A DNA stretch of 64,000 bases from Octopus vulgaris (GCA_951406725.2 OX597822.1:109368001-109432000), one strand, 5' to 3'. Positions 40,727-56,044 are shown, counted from the stretch's first letter. Notes: generated by a model not told the origin, from the letters alone. Program-made: numbers and translations.

Positions 40727-42910
40727 GTGATAAATTTCTGTGTTTTTATCTATTCTTTTTAATCTAAATTAAACCTAGAATTAGTTTGTTCGTCGTTATT
40801 TAATTTGTATTTCCGAAACAATTCATTTCGTAACAGCGTAGTATACATTTAACTTAAGTTGGCGTATATTGTGGAACAATGTTCTTTATTTTCTTCCATA
40901 CCTGAAGTTGAGCAACAGCTGCATTTGAACAAATCGTTGCACACGATAATGCATATTGTATATATTTTCTCACACTGGAAAAAACAAAATCCATGCACGC
41001 GTATAAATTAATAATCAGGAACGTATATGTATTTATGTATGTATATTTAGATGTGTATTTTTAAGTGTGTGCGTATTACTTATTTATTTCTCTGTCTTTA
41101 GAAATCTATATACATCAAAAGTCTGAATATGCCGTATGTTAACGAACTGGAATTTAAATTTGGTATAACGTTCAACTATATTCTCAATGTACAAAATAAA
41201 TATTTCTAAGCAATAAACACTTTCAAGTAAATGAATATTTTATGTGTTCCGTTGATTGATTTCATTCGGAATTTCATTTTATTAATGCATTTTCTCCAAA
41301 TGCACATGCAAACTCTAAATTCACGAGTCTATATGATATTGATCAAAGTATTGTATATTTTAAAACATTAACAGATCAACTGTAATTTTTTTCCAACGAA
41401 TCATATGTTGTTCTTTTTTTCTGGCTTTGCCTACCGCACCTTTGTGGATTTTATTTTAATATAATATATATAAGTATATAAAAGAATGGTATGTAATGGA
41501 ATCTATAAAAGTGAAGCCAAGCAGACAACATGACGAAATTTCCCTCGCCTGTTCATGGCGTTCCCCACCCCTTGCTTGAGAAATTTACGAGTATTTGAGA
41601 ATAGGGTATAATATATTTTTCACAAGCCTATGGCTTGATGGCGGCTTTTCTATGGGGACGACTAAATGATTCTCATATATGGAATTCTATATAGATATAT
41701 ATCTGCATTTCGTATCGTTGAGCAAAGCAAGAAAATATTTCTGAATTTTGCCGAAATCGAAAGCACATGCATAAATATTAAATAAATATTTTAGCATAAC
41801 CTTGCAACATTACACACAAAACGTTAACACATTTCATATGTACTACTTAGATGTACCCATCGCATCATTTTCTATACAAGTTACTGATGTAGCACTTTCA
41901 TTTAAAAACGAAATGCTGGCATGCACATACATCCATTACTTCATTCATATTTTCCTCCTTAAGTTTATGTAATAACCAAATTGATATTGTCACATATTAA
42001 ACAATTCTTAAAAACAGGTCATTCAGAAGCATAAAATTTGCGAGGATTCACACACAAATGATTTGAAACTGTAACCATAAGCCAACTAGGAATGGTACAT
42101 GTCTCTTCCATATACATCTGATGTTATATAAAGCAGAAACAGGTTGGAAATAATCAGAATTATTTATATCATTCAGAAGAAAAATAGAATTAAAATAAAA
42201 TGGCTAACATTCATATCAACAGCTTGCTCAATAAATATTTATTATAAGTTTAAAAAGTATTGGACTAGGAAGTAATTGACTAGGAAAACTAGTTACCTTT
42301 GACCTCAATATATAAACTTGCACAGCACAACCACCTTCTATGATTGCTCGAACAATACTGAAGGGCAGTGGGACTATGAGTGTGGTAAGAAACACACTGT
42401 TGCATGCCTGTTGCAGTCTGTTGTGACACATTACGGGTAACTTGAAAAGTAAAGCTAGCAAACAGTTTTAACAATGATATTCATTATCAGCGATATAAAA
42501 TTAGTTGGTTGTTGACCAGTGTAATTTTTCAAAAGTTCTCGTTCAAAAAATATAAAATTTAAACATAGAATACCACATCCTACAGAATAATATTTTGTAG
42601 TTTTTAAATTCTTGGAGCGATACAGGTTGTGCAAGATATAATTTCACTATCACGATACATTTGAATTTCAATTTCCCATAACTGAGACGTTTAATAGTTT
42701 TATGCATGCACCAAATATACATATATTTAATAGCGTATCTATGATTTGCAAACAGCAAAAAATACATTCAATTAATAACACATGTATCCATGTTTGCGTT
42801 GTTTTCAGACATACACACACACACATACCATTAATATGTATGTTTGTATGCACATATGTATTTATTTACGTATGTATCTATATACCTATTTATATCTATC
42901 TATCTATCTA

Positions 42911-42945
<35 letters not shown>

Positions 42946-42954
42946 ATCTATCTT

Positions 42955-43041
<87 letters not shown>

Positions 43042-43085
43042 ACATATATGTATATATATATATATATATATATAAAATGAAACTA

Positions 43086-43149
<64 letters not shown>

Positions 43150-43229
43150 TATACAGAGAGAGAGACGAAGGTGAGAAGTACAAGTATACGTATGAGTTTT
43201 ATATGTATGTATGTATGGATGTATGTATG

Positions 43230-43260
<31 letters not shown>

Positions 43261-43618
43261 GTATGTATGTGGGTATGTATGTATGTGTCTGTCTGTCTCA
43301 TTACGTGCGTAAGTAGGTGTACTAGATATTTCTGACTGGGTCTGCATCAGGTTGTCAGAAAATAACTTCGCGTGCATTTATTACTCTCCGTTCGGAAAAC
43401 CAATTTTATATTAATAAAGTTATTTATAATCACCTAAATAAACTTAATGTCTATATTACCATTTTCGCTTTCGTACGAAACCGGAGAAACACGTAGGTGG
43501 AGAAGTACCATTCACAGAGACATACACACACTTGCACACACACTCCCACGCACATAACAATCCACACACACCACAAACACACATATATGTGTCTCAGTGT
43601 TTTGTACGTGTAGGAAGG

Positions 43619-43682
<64 letters not shown>

Positions 43683-43691
<9 letters not shown>

Positions 43692-44049
43692 GGGAATAAA
43701 TCCAAATTTACAGGGAAAAATCAGATTTAGGATTGAATCCAATTTTATAGTAAAATATGATATAATATTAATTGGAGACAAAACCACTATTATGCAAATC
43801 AAACAAAGAAAGACTTAATCCAATACATAAAAAATTTTATATAAATTAAATATAATTAAGATATCCACTACGATCGTTTCTTGTCACTTCTATGGACATT
43901 CAAGTCTTGAAACCACCTGATGAATGTCCATAGAAGTGACAAGAAACGATCGTAGTGGATATCTTAATTATATTTAATTTATATAAAATTTTTATATATT
44001 GGATTAAGTACTTCTTTTTTGATTTGCATAATAGTGGTTTTGTCTCTAA

Positions 44050-44061
<12 letters not shown>
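43683..44061. mobile_element. Head-to-head palindromic element in (TA)n (arms 43760-43902 / 43921-44061), Penelope pLTR-like
   Basis: ~142-bp inverted arms, 18-nt loop, both ends run into (TA)n; contains a hammerhead. Confidence 0.85.
43913..43958 (+). ncRNA. Minimal type I hammerhead ribozyme
   Basis: ccac-CTGATGA-a-tgtc-catagaagt-gaca-a-GAAA-cgatcg-TA-gtgg; canonical core, palindromic stem III ACGATCGT, GUA triplet; A.A mismatch at the base of stem II. Confidence 0.8.
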
Positions 44062-44101
<40 letters not shown>

Positions 44102-45299
44102 GTATGTATATGTATATGTATGCGTTCGACTCCGTGTCTCCCGTTGGACGATACCTACTCAACTCGGCAACTTTGGGTAAATCGATATTGTTGATATAAA
44201 AAAAACCTGTCGAATATCTGTTATATGAACATATACATAGTTTATATTTTACTACATATAATATCTAAAGCAAAGTGGACTACGTCTAAGTTGAACTTAT
44301 GCTCGACGACTTTGCTCGTTACCCTGCCGTTTGTAATGATTATTTCTTATTCTACACACCCCGTTTCATACATTGGAATGCATTATTTTTAGGCTACATT
44401 ACCAGCTTATATTCATCGCTCAATTAAATGTTGCTTTCTCTTATACAATGACACTGGCAAAACTGAACGAAGAACTACAATCTTACAATTTAAAACCAGC
44501 TAATAACAAACTACAATATGCTCATATTTATGCCAAAATAAGCCCTACAGAATATGGACAAATAAATTGATATTTATATATAATAGTTTAAAAATCGAAT
44601 CAATAAATATTTTTTCTACTTTACTCGTTCCTCATATTTATGTTATACTATAACGTGATCATTTGATTTCATTTAAAAATGCCTGAATAATTGGAAATAT
44701 ATGAGCCCTATATACATGAATGTAGAAATATGTAGGTATATATTTGTATAGGTATATCGATACCTACCAACCCATACACAACTTCAATCATTGTTAGTCA
44801 ACTCATTGGAAGATGCCTCGTTTGTTCTGGAAATCTAATGTCCCTTAGCCCTTGGCGTCCTGTAGTAAGCTACACGGTGTATAAGCAAAATGTTGATTTA
44901 TAGAAGCGTGTTTATAAAATGTATTTTATATCAGCGTGTTTACGAGTGGATTTGCCAGTATGAATCTTAATGTGCGAATACTTGTGTGTAAATAATTCAA
45001 AATATGAAAGTACTAAACAGACCTGTTGATTGTTTATTAAACACATACCGGTTTCGGAGGTATGAAGCACTCATAAAAACAATATTGCTTTGCATATCAT
45101 TTCTAATAACAAACAGTAAATATGAAATATAAACATAACGTTTTAAAATCTAAAGAGAAAATAGGACCTAATATATCATATATATCTGAGGGATTATATC
45201 ATTATAATGTTTTTGGCCTTGAATCGAAAGGTTTTCCTGAAATTTGATAGAAATAAGAAACTACAGTCAAAGATAAACAACAGAATTATTACCAGATTA

Positions 45300-45665
45300 G
45301 TTTAATATTCGTTTGAAATTTTTGGCAAAATGCCGATAATTTCGGTGCAAGGGATAAATCGATCACATCAACCCAAGTGTTCAACAGGTAGTTATTTTAT
45401 CGATCGGAAAGTTAGAAAGAACAAGTCGGCCATAACGGAATTTTAGCGCCGGACGTAAAAAAAAAAAGTATTTTAATATTGGTTTCAAAGTTTGGTGCAA
45501 GGCCAGCAATTTCGGAGGAAGTAAGTCGATCACATCGACCCAAGTAGTCAACTGGTACTTATTTTATCGTTTAAAATCAACAGTTTTATTTTATCGGCCG
45601 CGAAAGGGTGAAAGCTAAAGTGGGCCTCAACGGAATTTGAACAAAGAACTAAAGAAAAGTATTTT
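45300..45665 (-). mobile_element. Two tandem decayed family B-related SINE fragments
   Basis: Degenerate gtcgat.acatcgaccc...actggtactt.attttatcg cores. Confidence 0.65.
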
Positions 45666-45736
45666 AATATTTAAATGGCGATGAGTAAATCTTAGACAAA
45701 GACACAATTATACACTCAAGAATATATTTTCGTTAA

Positions 45737-45968
45737 GGCGGCGAGCTGGCAGAAGCGTTAGTGCGCCGGGCGAAATGCGTAGCCGTATTTCGTCTACCAT
45801 TACGTTCTGAGTTCAATTTCCGCCGAGGTCGACTTTGCCTTTCATCCTTTCGGGGGTCGATAAATTAAGTACCAGTTAAGCACTGGGGTCGATGTAATAG
45901 ACTTAACCCGTTTGTTTGTCCTTGTTTGTCCCCTCTATGTTTAGCCCCTTGTGGGCAATAAAGAAATA
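45737..45968 (+). mobile_element. Family B SINE, full length
   Basis: Head ggcggcgagctggcagaa, B-box gagttcaattt, core, TSD-like atatattttcgt. Confidence 0.92.
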
Positions 45969-46393
45969 TATATATTTTCGTGCCCAAGACAATTGAATAA
46001 ATTTTGAAGCTTAATATTTAGTTATTCATACTTTCATTGCAGTTGAAATTTCAAGCAAAATATCTCTCAGGTTTCAATGGCTGTTTCATCGTTTACAATC
46101 CTGTGATTTGTTCAGCGTGCAGTTTTCATCTCCTCAATGTATTAAACCGTCCCAGTGAAGATGCCTGCATTTGTAACTTGAACAACTTGACATAACTGCT
46201 GCAATCCCGCAAATCCCATCCAGACATGGGAAAAAATATATTAGAAGATACTCTAGTAACTTTGCCGGAAGCATACAATTGGAAGATATAAAAGGCGTTT
46301 TTAATGTAATGCAGTGGTTCGCAACCACTTTTCTTTTTGCCTACGGAACACTTTGAGTCCTGTTTAACGCTAATGGAAATCCATAGCCATTAG

Positions 46394-46452
<59 letters not shown>

Positions 46453-46482
46453 CATACATATATATATATATGCATATATATG

Positions 46483-46595
<113 letters not shown>

Positions 46596-46743
46596 CAAAG
46601 CAATTAAGATTCAAGTAAATTCCAATGAATTTACTTGAATTTGGTACTTAACTTAGATGCACCAGAAAAAAACTATATGGTGTTAACCATACAGTAATGT
46701 TGGGTGATTATAAACGAGAGAGAAGCAACAAGAATGGATTAGT

Positions 46744-46810
46744 TTTTAGTACAATTGTTTCATAGAAAGACAGGCTTTTTATAAAAGTGTCCCGTACTCA
46801 TCAGCTAAAA
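46744..46810 (-). ncRNA. Type I hammerhead ribozyme (left arm)
   Basis: ttttag-CTGATGA-gtacgggaca...tgtctttctat-GAAA-caattg-TA-ctaaaa; perfect 6-bp stem I, palindromic stem III ACAATTGT. Confidence 0.8.
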
Positions 46811-47252
46811 TACATATGAGTTCTCTAGACATCTTAGTGGGTGAGGTTATACTCATCAAATATTGGAGATAATTCCATTAGAGGCAGATATAGGTTGTAA
46901 ACAGTTTTCCAAAGTTCCTTAATGATGATGCACAGACTTATCACAGATTTTTAAAAGCTTATTAGTTTCGAAGAGAAGATGAATCAATCCATAGTGTAGA
47001 TTTAAATTTCCAGAGATATGAGGAGGATGATGCACAGACTTATCATATCTCTGGAAATTTAAATCTACACTATGGATTGATTCATCTTCTCTTCGAAACT
47101 AATAAGTTTTTAAAAATCTGTGATAAGTCTGTGCATCATCATTAAGGAACTTTGAAAACTGTTTACAACCTATATCTGCCTCTAATGGAATTATCTCCAA
47201 TATTTGATGAGTATAACCTCACCCACTAAGATGTCTAGAGAACTCATATGTA

Positions 47253-47342
47253 TTTTGCTGATGAGTACGGGACACTTTTATCTGCTGCAATTTTTGCAAC
47301 TTGTAATAAAGCCTGTCTTTCTATGAAACAATTGTACTAAAA
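47253..47342 (+). ncRNA. Type I hammerhead ribozyme (right arm, longer stem II)
   Basis: CTGATGA 47258-47264, GAAA 47325-47328, GUA 47334-47336; 1-nt deletion in the stem I 5' strand. Confidence 0.75.
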
Positions 47343-47370
47343 ACTAATCCATTCTTGTTGCTTCTTTCTC

Positions 47371-47440
<70 letters not shown>

Positions 47441-47443
<3 letters not shown>

Positions 47444-47606
47444 TCCTTCACTGGATCTTTCCTTCTCCTATGTTTCCGACGAAGAGCTCCGCTCGAAAGG
47501 TTTAACCCTCCTTCTTTCCGTCTTTCCTGAGCGTCCAATAATACTATATTTGTTCCACGTCCTTGCGTTGTTGTGTTTTTTTAGTGCTTTCTAATTTGGA
47601 TTAACT
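47441..47606 (+). mobile_element. Family H1 (TA)n-embedded element with hammerhead-like motif at 47472-47506
   Basis: gttt-CCGACGA-a-gagc-tcc-gctc-GAAA-gg-TT-taac; (TA)n on both sides. Confidence 0.75.
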
Positions 47607-49127
47607 ATATATATATATATATATATATATAAGATCTTACTGTATTTTTATAATTAAATATTATCAAGTATAAAATATAAATATTTTGCGTATATTGCTC
47701 ATAAATGTTGACAACAATATGTTAAATTAACTTCCAAGTGACATGGAATCTTAGGTGTCATCCATTGAATCATATGTCTACTTTATGATATTGGTCGAAA
47801 TACCAAAATGAGATGTCCCTCTCATCCAGACTGATCTTTAAAAAAAAGAGAAACACTAGAATTTAATTCTAAATGTCAAATATGTTCCAAAAGCTAAAGT
47901 TACTTCTTAGATAAGGATAATGTTTGAGAAAATCGGGGACATTAACGAGACTAACTTCTCAGTTTAATAAAGGTTCATAGAAATCCACCTATACACCTAA
48001 ACGTTTAAAATCAACAGTTTAACTTTGATATTTAGGACATTTTAGATTTACTTTGGGGGGCGGTTTTCAATACAAGAGGTAATCGAACAGAAATAGAGAT
48101 CGGAGTGCGTGTAATCTGTTGCAATAACACAATAATACATCGTCGCGCTAAGTTACAATATTCTTTAATATATGCACAAATCCAGCAATATGTATACGTT
48201 TATTACTGAGATTCTCTAGGTTCCTGCGTCCACCTCCATTTATCGCGGGCTTTACTATGCATCATTTCTATACTCTTTTCTTATACACACTTACACTCGA
48301 CTACTTTATGCATTCCCGCTCTTACAGATACAAACACATTTCCAAGATGTAAATATATACTCACGTATATGAGCTCAGTCCCACTCCGTTCAACTATCAT
48401 AATGACACATTTGTAAAAAAAAATCCAAAACCATCAGTATATGGACACACCCATACACACTATTTACTCTTTCATTCGGGGATATACGAAATCAAATATT
48501 TTAACATATACATACACGATTTCACTTTTTGATCAAATATATTTTCATGTGCACGCATGCTTGAATCACAGAATTCATCCTACTCTTCTTCCACTCATTT
48601 CTAGATTGCTTGACTCTCGTCCATTGTTATAACCAAATATATCTAGTCATACACCCTCGGTAAAATTCTCTGAGAAAAATGAAAAATGTATTATAAGCTC
48701 TCTGTGAGCATATGTCCCTAGCCCATTTAAAGGGGTAACCTTACTGCAATTTAATACTGTTGCGGATTACTCTTAAGACCCCACACTGAAGACACGTTAT
48801 CACATTAATACACCCGATTGTGCAAATGCGAAGGGAATATTTCGTTGCTTAGATGAATTAGATGAAAGACCCTAATACTTCTTGTGTCAGAGAAATGTCA
48901 AATTATTAGCGAATTAACTCTGATCAAATGTTGGGAAATCGGATATTTCAAAGTTACACACAAACATGATAATTATTCTGATATCGGTTTGAGCTCATAA
49001 CTCACTGATGTCTATCAGCTTAACAGAAATATGTTTGTTTCAATCTATTCAGTCCACTGTAGCAACAATTAATTCAAATTTGTCGACGCAACAGTTAAAT
49101 AGAAGTATTTATTAAAGTTACCATAAC

Positions 49128-50282
<1,155 letters not shown>

Positions 50283-50298
50283 GGTAACGTAACATGAA

Positions 50299-50531
50299 GG
50301 CGGCGAGCTGTCAGAAATGTTAGCACGCCGGGCGAAATGCTGAGTGGTATTTCGTCTGCCGTTACGTTGTGAGTTCAAATTCCGCCGAGGTCGACTTTGC
50401 CTTTCATCCTTTCGGGGTCGATTAAATAAGTACCAGTTACGCACGGGGGTCGATATAATCGACTTAATCCGTTTGTCTGTCCTTGTTTGTCCTCTCTGTG
50501 TTTAGCCCCTTGTGGGTAGTAAAGAAATAGG
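50299..50531 (+). mobile_element. Family B SINE, full length
   Basis: TSD-like ggt(a/t)acgtaacatg on both sides. Confidence 0.92.
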
Positions 50532-50614
50532 TTACGTAACATGTATATTAACATTTATACTTATTAGCAAAGTTTTCACAATTCTCAAAATGTTGATATT
50601 ACTCTATTTCATAA

Positions 50615-50830
50615 GGAGATGAGCTGGCAGAATTATTAGCACGCTGGGTAAAAACTTAGAAGTAATTCGTCTTCCTTTACACCATGAGTCCAATTTCTGG
50701 CGATGTCGTTTTTACCTTTCATTCTTTAAAGCTTGATATAATAAGTACTAGCTGAGCACTGAGGTTGATGTAATCGACTTGCGCCCTCACCCAAAATTTC
50801 TGACCTTGTACCAGAATTTAAATGAATATT
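50615..50830 (+). mobile_element. Old family B-related SINE
   Basis: Degenerate head gagctggcagaat..ttagcacgctgg and core. Confidence 0.65.
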
Positions 50831-52477
50831 ACATTTTCCATAAAGGGGGAAATATATCGTCGTCTCCAACGGTAATTGAGGTATATCCTAATACTCAAAC
50901 CAGAAGCGCAAACGCTGGACCCGATCTCGCAATCACTGAAAGGTTGTTGGCGTATACTCAGATACATCTCAACATTTAACTGCTGAATATTTTCTTACAT
51001 CATAGTATTCACCAGTATCTAGCAGGATATTTTCACGTTTTTAATGATATGAACATTTACAAGAGAGTTATCAAATAGATATATATGATCTGAAATTCAT
51101 CGATGAAGGTTTTCAAAGAGAGTTGATACATAATTCATAGTTATAAAGAAATCACTTTCGGTGGGAACACACTCCCAAGATGACCAGTGAAGATAATTGT
51201 GTTGTTTTCTACAAGCCGTGTTGAATAAAACATCTCACTGCAAGCTAATTAAGTGTTCGGTAATTATATAGAGTGTACAGTTAGTAATAATTAATCGAGC
51301 ACGGCCTGGTTGTTGAAAAATATTGAATGCATATCGTTAACTAATTAGTAACCAGAATGAAATAAGCATTTACCGATCCACTACCACATGCTGTGAATTT
51401 TTTTAATTCTATGTCATTGTGAACAATTTGATTTTTTGTCTTTTTTCATAAAAAAATGAAAAATCCTGTTTAAAAATTGTCGAGTTTTAAAAACGATTAA
51501 TGTCAAGTTGACCCATGCAAATCAATTATGAGTGCGAGTGTGCTTAATTTATTTATTTTCACTCAGGATGCACTTCATTAGCGTTTAAAACGAATTCTTA
51601 GTTATACTACGCAATTTCCCGTAAAGAAACGTTTAAAGTCCCCAATAAGAAGAAGTGAATTAATGCGGAAATGCAAGTATTCTTCCGCGAATATTTGCGT
51701 CTCTTATATGTGTTTTTATTTTATTGAGCATGCAAGCTGTTGTTGATGCAAATATACGTGGATTTACTGTGTATAGTTACTCTAGCGTTGAAATAAACTT
51801 ACATTTCTTAAATTTTTTACTTTTGTATCTGATAATTATGCAATCGACGCTTGTTTTATTCTACATCACACACAGCATTATATTTGGTATCTTTCAGAAA
51901 TATTCTCTACTTTGCAGCTGCGACACGCGGGAAGAAATCAGGAAATCAATCGAATGATACTAAATCTTTCTGTTCGTCACACATTTGTTTGTATAACCTC
52001 TCCTATGGAGAGAAAATTATGTATTTCGCCCATATCATAACATCTGTCAACAATATTGAATCTCTCGCTTCTCTTACATATACTGCATGTTTCACCAGAT
52101 AAAAACTGATTTATTTACGAGGCAGTTATTACACACCGTACGATCGCGCGCTCACACATACATAGATACTCACACGCACACTCACACCTACCATATTGGC
52201 TTGCCTAAAACATCCAATTTCTCAGAGCAGTTTGATAATTTTTTCTCGTATGTCTTCAAATATTACAAATTTATTAAACAAACGGAAAGGCAAAATAAAA
52301 AAAAAAGTTTTATTTTTGGTTCATTAAGATTTTAAATATTCTTACTAACTTTTCATCTTCATTTGTAACAACTTCGTTAAGAAACTTTTAACGCATTACT
52401 AATTAATTAGAAACCAACTCAGAGCAATTACTTATAGAGTTTTCTGAAAATGTGACTTGATAAAAAAGCGTTACCTA

Positions 52478-52705
52478 TATTTCTTTATTGCTCACGGGGT
52501 GGGGGCTAAACATAGAGGAGAGAAACAAGTACAAAGTGATTATGTCGATTACATAGAGCCCAGTACGTAACTGGTACTTATTTAATCGACTCGGAAAGGA
52601 TGAAAGGTAAAGTCGACCTCGGTGGAATTTGAACTCAAAACATAACGGTAGATGAACTACCGCTAAGAATTTCGCCCGGTGTGCTAACGATTCTGCCAGC
52701 TCACC
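52478..52705 (-). mobile_element. Family B SINE
   Basis: Reverse complement of family B. Confidence 0.85.
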
Positions 52706-53093
52706 CTGAAGCGATATCTATATTAAAGACACAAAGTAGAAGAAATATTTCTTGGTCTTGCTGTATATTTTGGTGCAGCCAAATTAAAGTGATGATTAAA
52801 AGTAGAAACCCCAAATAATGCACTACACCATTTGTTTGCGTGTGTCAAAAATCCGGTCACTGTTCAAAATTAGATTCACTTCGATTTGACTAACAGCATA
52901 CGTGTGAAAGCAGGCAATATTTTACACAGAATGTCACTTTATATCGCATAGACTATGGTGTTATCGTATCAGAATTCGCTAGCACATTTCTCTTGTATTG
53001 TACAAAAATGTTCAATGAAGGTGTTGATACAGATTAATTGTTTAGAGTACCCAGGTGGTATCGCAGACGGCTACTGAGAACATATTGAGGTGT

Positions 53094-53385
<292 letters not shown>

Positions 53386-53438
53386 TACATATGTATATAC
53401 ATATATACATATGTATACATATACATATATACATATAC

Positions 53439-53489
<51 letters not shown>

Positions 53490-53492
53490 TAC

Positions 53493-53562
<70 letters not shown>

Positions 53563-54475
53563 TTATATGCATATATAATACATGTATTATACATATATTA
53601 TAACTTTCGAATATGGGGATATAGATGGTTAATCGTAGTCTTTTTAACTTTCATTGAATAACAAGGCTTTCTGCAGATAGGTTCACCAACGTAAAAATAT
53701 CAAGTAGAGCCAGTTATACAGCGTCTGGCCAATCTATTACATACGGAAACATTTCAGCTCATTTCTACAAAGACTTGGATACCTCATTTTCATTTAATGT
53801 GTACGAACTGACTCGACGCTAGATAAACTACTGTGCACATCTAAACGTGTATGTTTTGAATATAATTCCTAGGAGTGCAGGAAAAATCCCGAGAGGCCAT
53901 CGCATATAGAAATGCTCACAGGTAACTTATAGACAGACTACTGGTTATTTAACCGTTGCAGAGTTAAATCGTTTCGTATGATTTTGTTCTTTATTCGGTG
54001 TATAAAAGACTGTTGGTGACGTTCAGTTGTATGATGAAATGGCATGATACAACAGTGCGATTAGCCTGTGCTGAATAAATATCGTCAACCGACGACTGAG
54101 ATTTCAGCATTCGTCCTCTACACAACATGAATTCAAGGGACGAGCATCCCAATTGTAGACGTTATGAACAATAACACATTAAAATTAGTTTGCATGTGCT
54201 AATTGATATTCGTTACAGAGGCTGCTTCTGAAGCCAATAGATTGTGTGTGTGTGTGCGTCTTTGTCTGATTGTCTGTGCGCACGCACGAGTGTTCCTGTG
54301 TTCGTATCGGCGTTTGTATATGTGTGTGAGAGAGAGAGAGCGTGATTCTGTGTTTGTATTAATACTTAGCCCCTCACCAAAGCTTGACAACCAATCTTAA
54401 TTTTTATGTCATCCGTGAATTGCGGTTCAGCTAATAAAATGATGACTACAAGATGTAAATAAAAAAGTGGCTATA

Positions 54476-54637
54476 GGCGCAGGAGTGGCTGTGTGGTAAG
54501 TAGCTTGCTAACCAACCACATGGTTCCGGGTTCAATCCCACTGCGTAGCATCTTGGGCAAGTGGCTTCTGCTATAGCCCCGGGCCGACCAATGCATTGTG
54601 AGTGGATTTGGTTGATGGAAACTGAAAGAAGCCTGTC

Positions 54638-54670
<33 letters not shown>

Positions 54671-54897
54671 TGTGTGTGTATATGTTTGTGTGTCTGTGTT
54701 TGTCCCCCTAACATTGCTTGACAACCGATGCTGGTGTGTTTACGTCCCCGTCACTTAGCGGTTCGGCAAAAGAGATCGATAGAATAAGTACTGGGCTTAC
54801 AAAGAATAAGTCCCGGGGTCGATTTGCTCGACTAAAGGCGGTGCTCCAGCATGGCCGCAGTCAATTGACTGAAACAAGTAAAAGAGAGTAAAGAGTA
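54476..54897 (+). mobile_element. Family A SINE, full length
   Basis: Near-identical to 3807-4212. Confidence 0.92.
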
Positions 54898-55875
54898 TTC
54901 CGTTTGATTTCATCGCCTAAATCCTTCATAGGACTGCCCCAGCTTGGGCGCAGTCTAATGATGGGATCTAGTAAAAGATATTTGCCATAAACGATACCAA
55001 CTTCAGCCTGTCTAATACCAAACGTCAACGATTGACAGGACCTATTTTTAGTTGCAATCCGTGAAAGAAATAAAGAAATTGTAGTAGAACCACGCCTAAC
55101 TGCCATAGTTAATGAAACATCATATAACAAATACCTTTATATCCTACGACTGAAAACAAAAGGGATCTGTTGTATTTGATTTATTTATGTTTTAGTAATG
55201 AAATGTGGATCAGTTGTTTCATTATGAAAATAAGTACCCACTTGAACTGGGTCTGAAATGGCGAATTTCTTCGAATAAATGATCACCGCTATTCTCTTCA
55301 AATATTTTCCATATAGTACTTTATATGTTAATTACAATCATATAATTTGGTGCGAAAAAAATTATTCTGCATTATTTCCAAGTATCAGATATGCAAACAC
55401 TACACACAGACAAACACACAGACATACATTTATACATATAGATACGTTGTATGAGTGTGAGTATATGTGTATATAGTAGTCTTTTATGCGTTTCAGTTAT
55501 TTGACTGCGGCTATGTTGGCCGACTTTAGTCGAACGAATCGACCCCAGGTCTAATTCTCTGTAACCCTAGTATTTATGCTATCGCTCCCTTTAACTGAAC
55601 CTTTAAGTTACGGGACGGAAACACACCAACAACGATGATGGGGACAACAGGCATTCAAACACACATACACACACACGCACAGACATATACATTGTTTTTT
55701 TTTTCATTCTCTTTCTATATATTTTCTCCGATTCCTTTCAGTTGAAGAGCGGAGACTCGAAACATAAAATAATTTTTCACTTTACCAGGCGCCAAACAAT
55801 ACACTTACTCGTTGTTCATACACCTGTCATCTTTTGTTTTTCTATAAAGTTCAACAATATATATACATATATGTA

Positions 55876-55980
<105 letters not shown>

Positions 55981-56004
55981 TTGTATATATATATACATCT
56001 ATCC

Positions 56005-56044
<40 letters not shown>

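Larger units (their letters stand above)
46714..47372. mobile_element. Head-to-head palindromic element (arms 46714-47021 / 47043-47372) with a hammerhead in each arm
   Basis: ~310/330-bp inverted arms, 21-nt loop; right end abuts (TA)n. Confidence 0.88.

Noticed and set aside
48778-48836. CTGAAGA-cac...gtg-CAAA hammerhead-like string
   Set aside because: G12 missing, no stem III, weak stem I.
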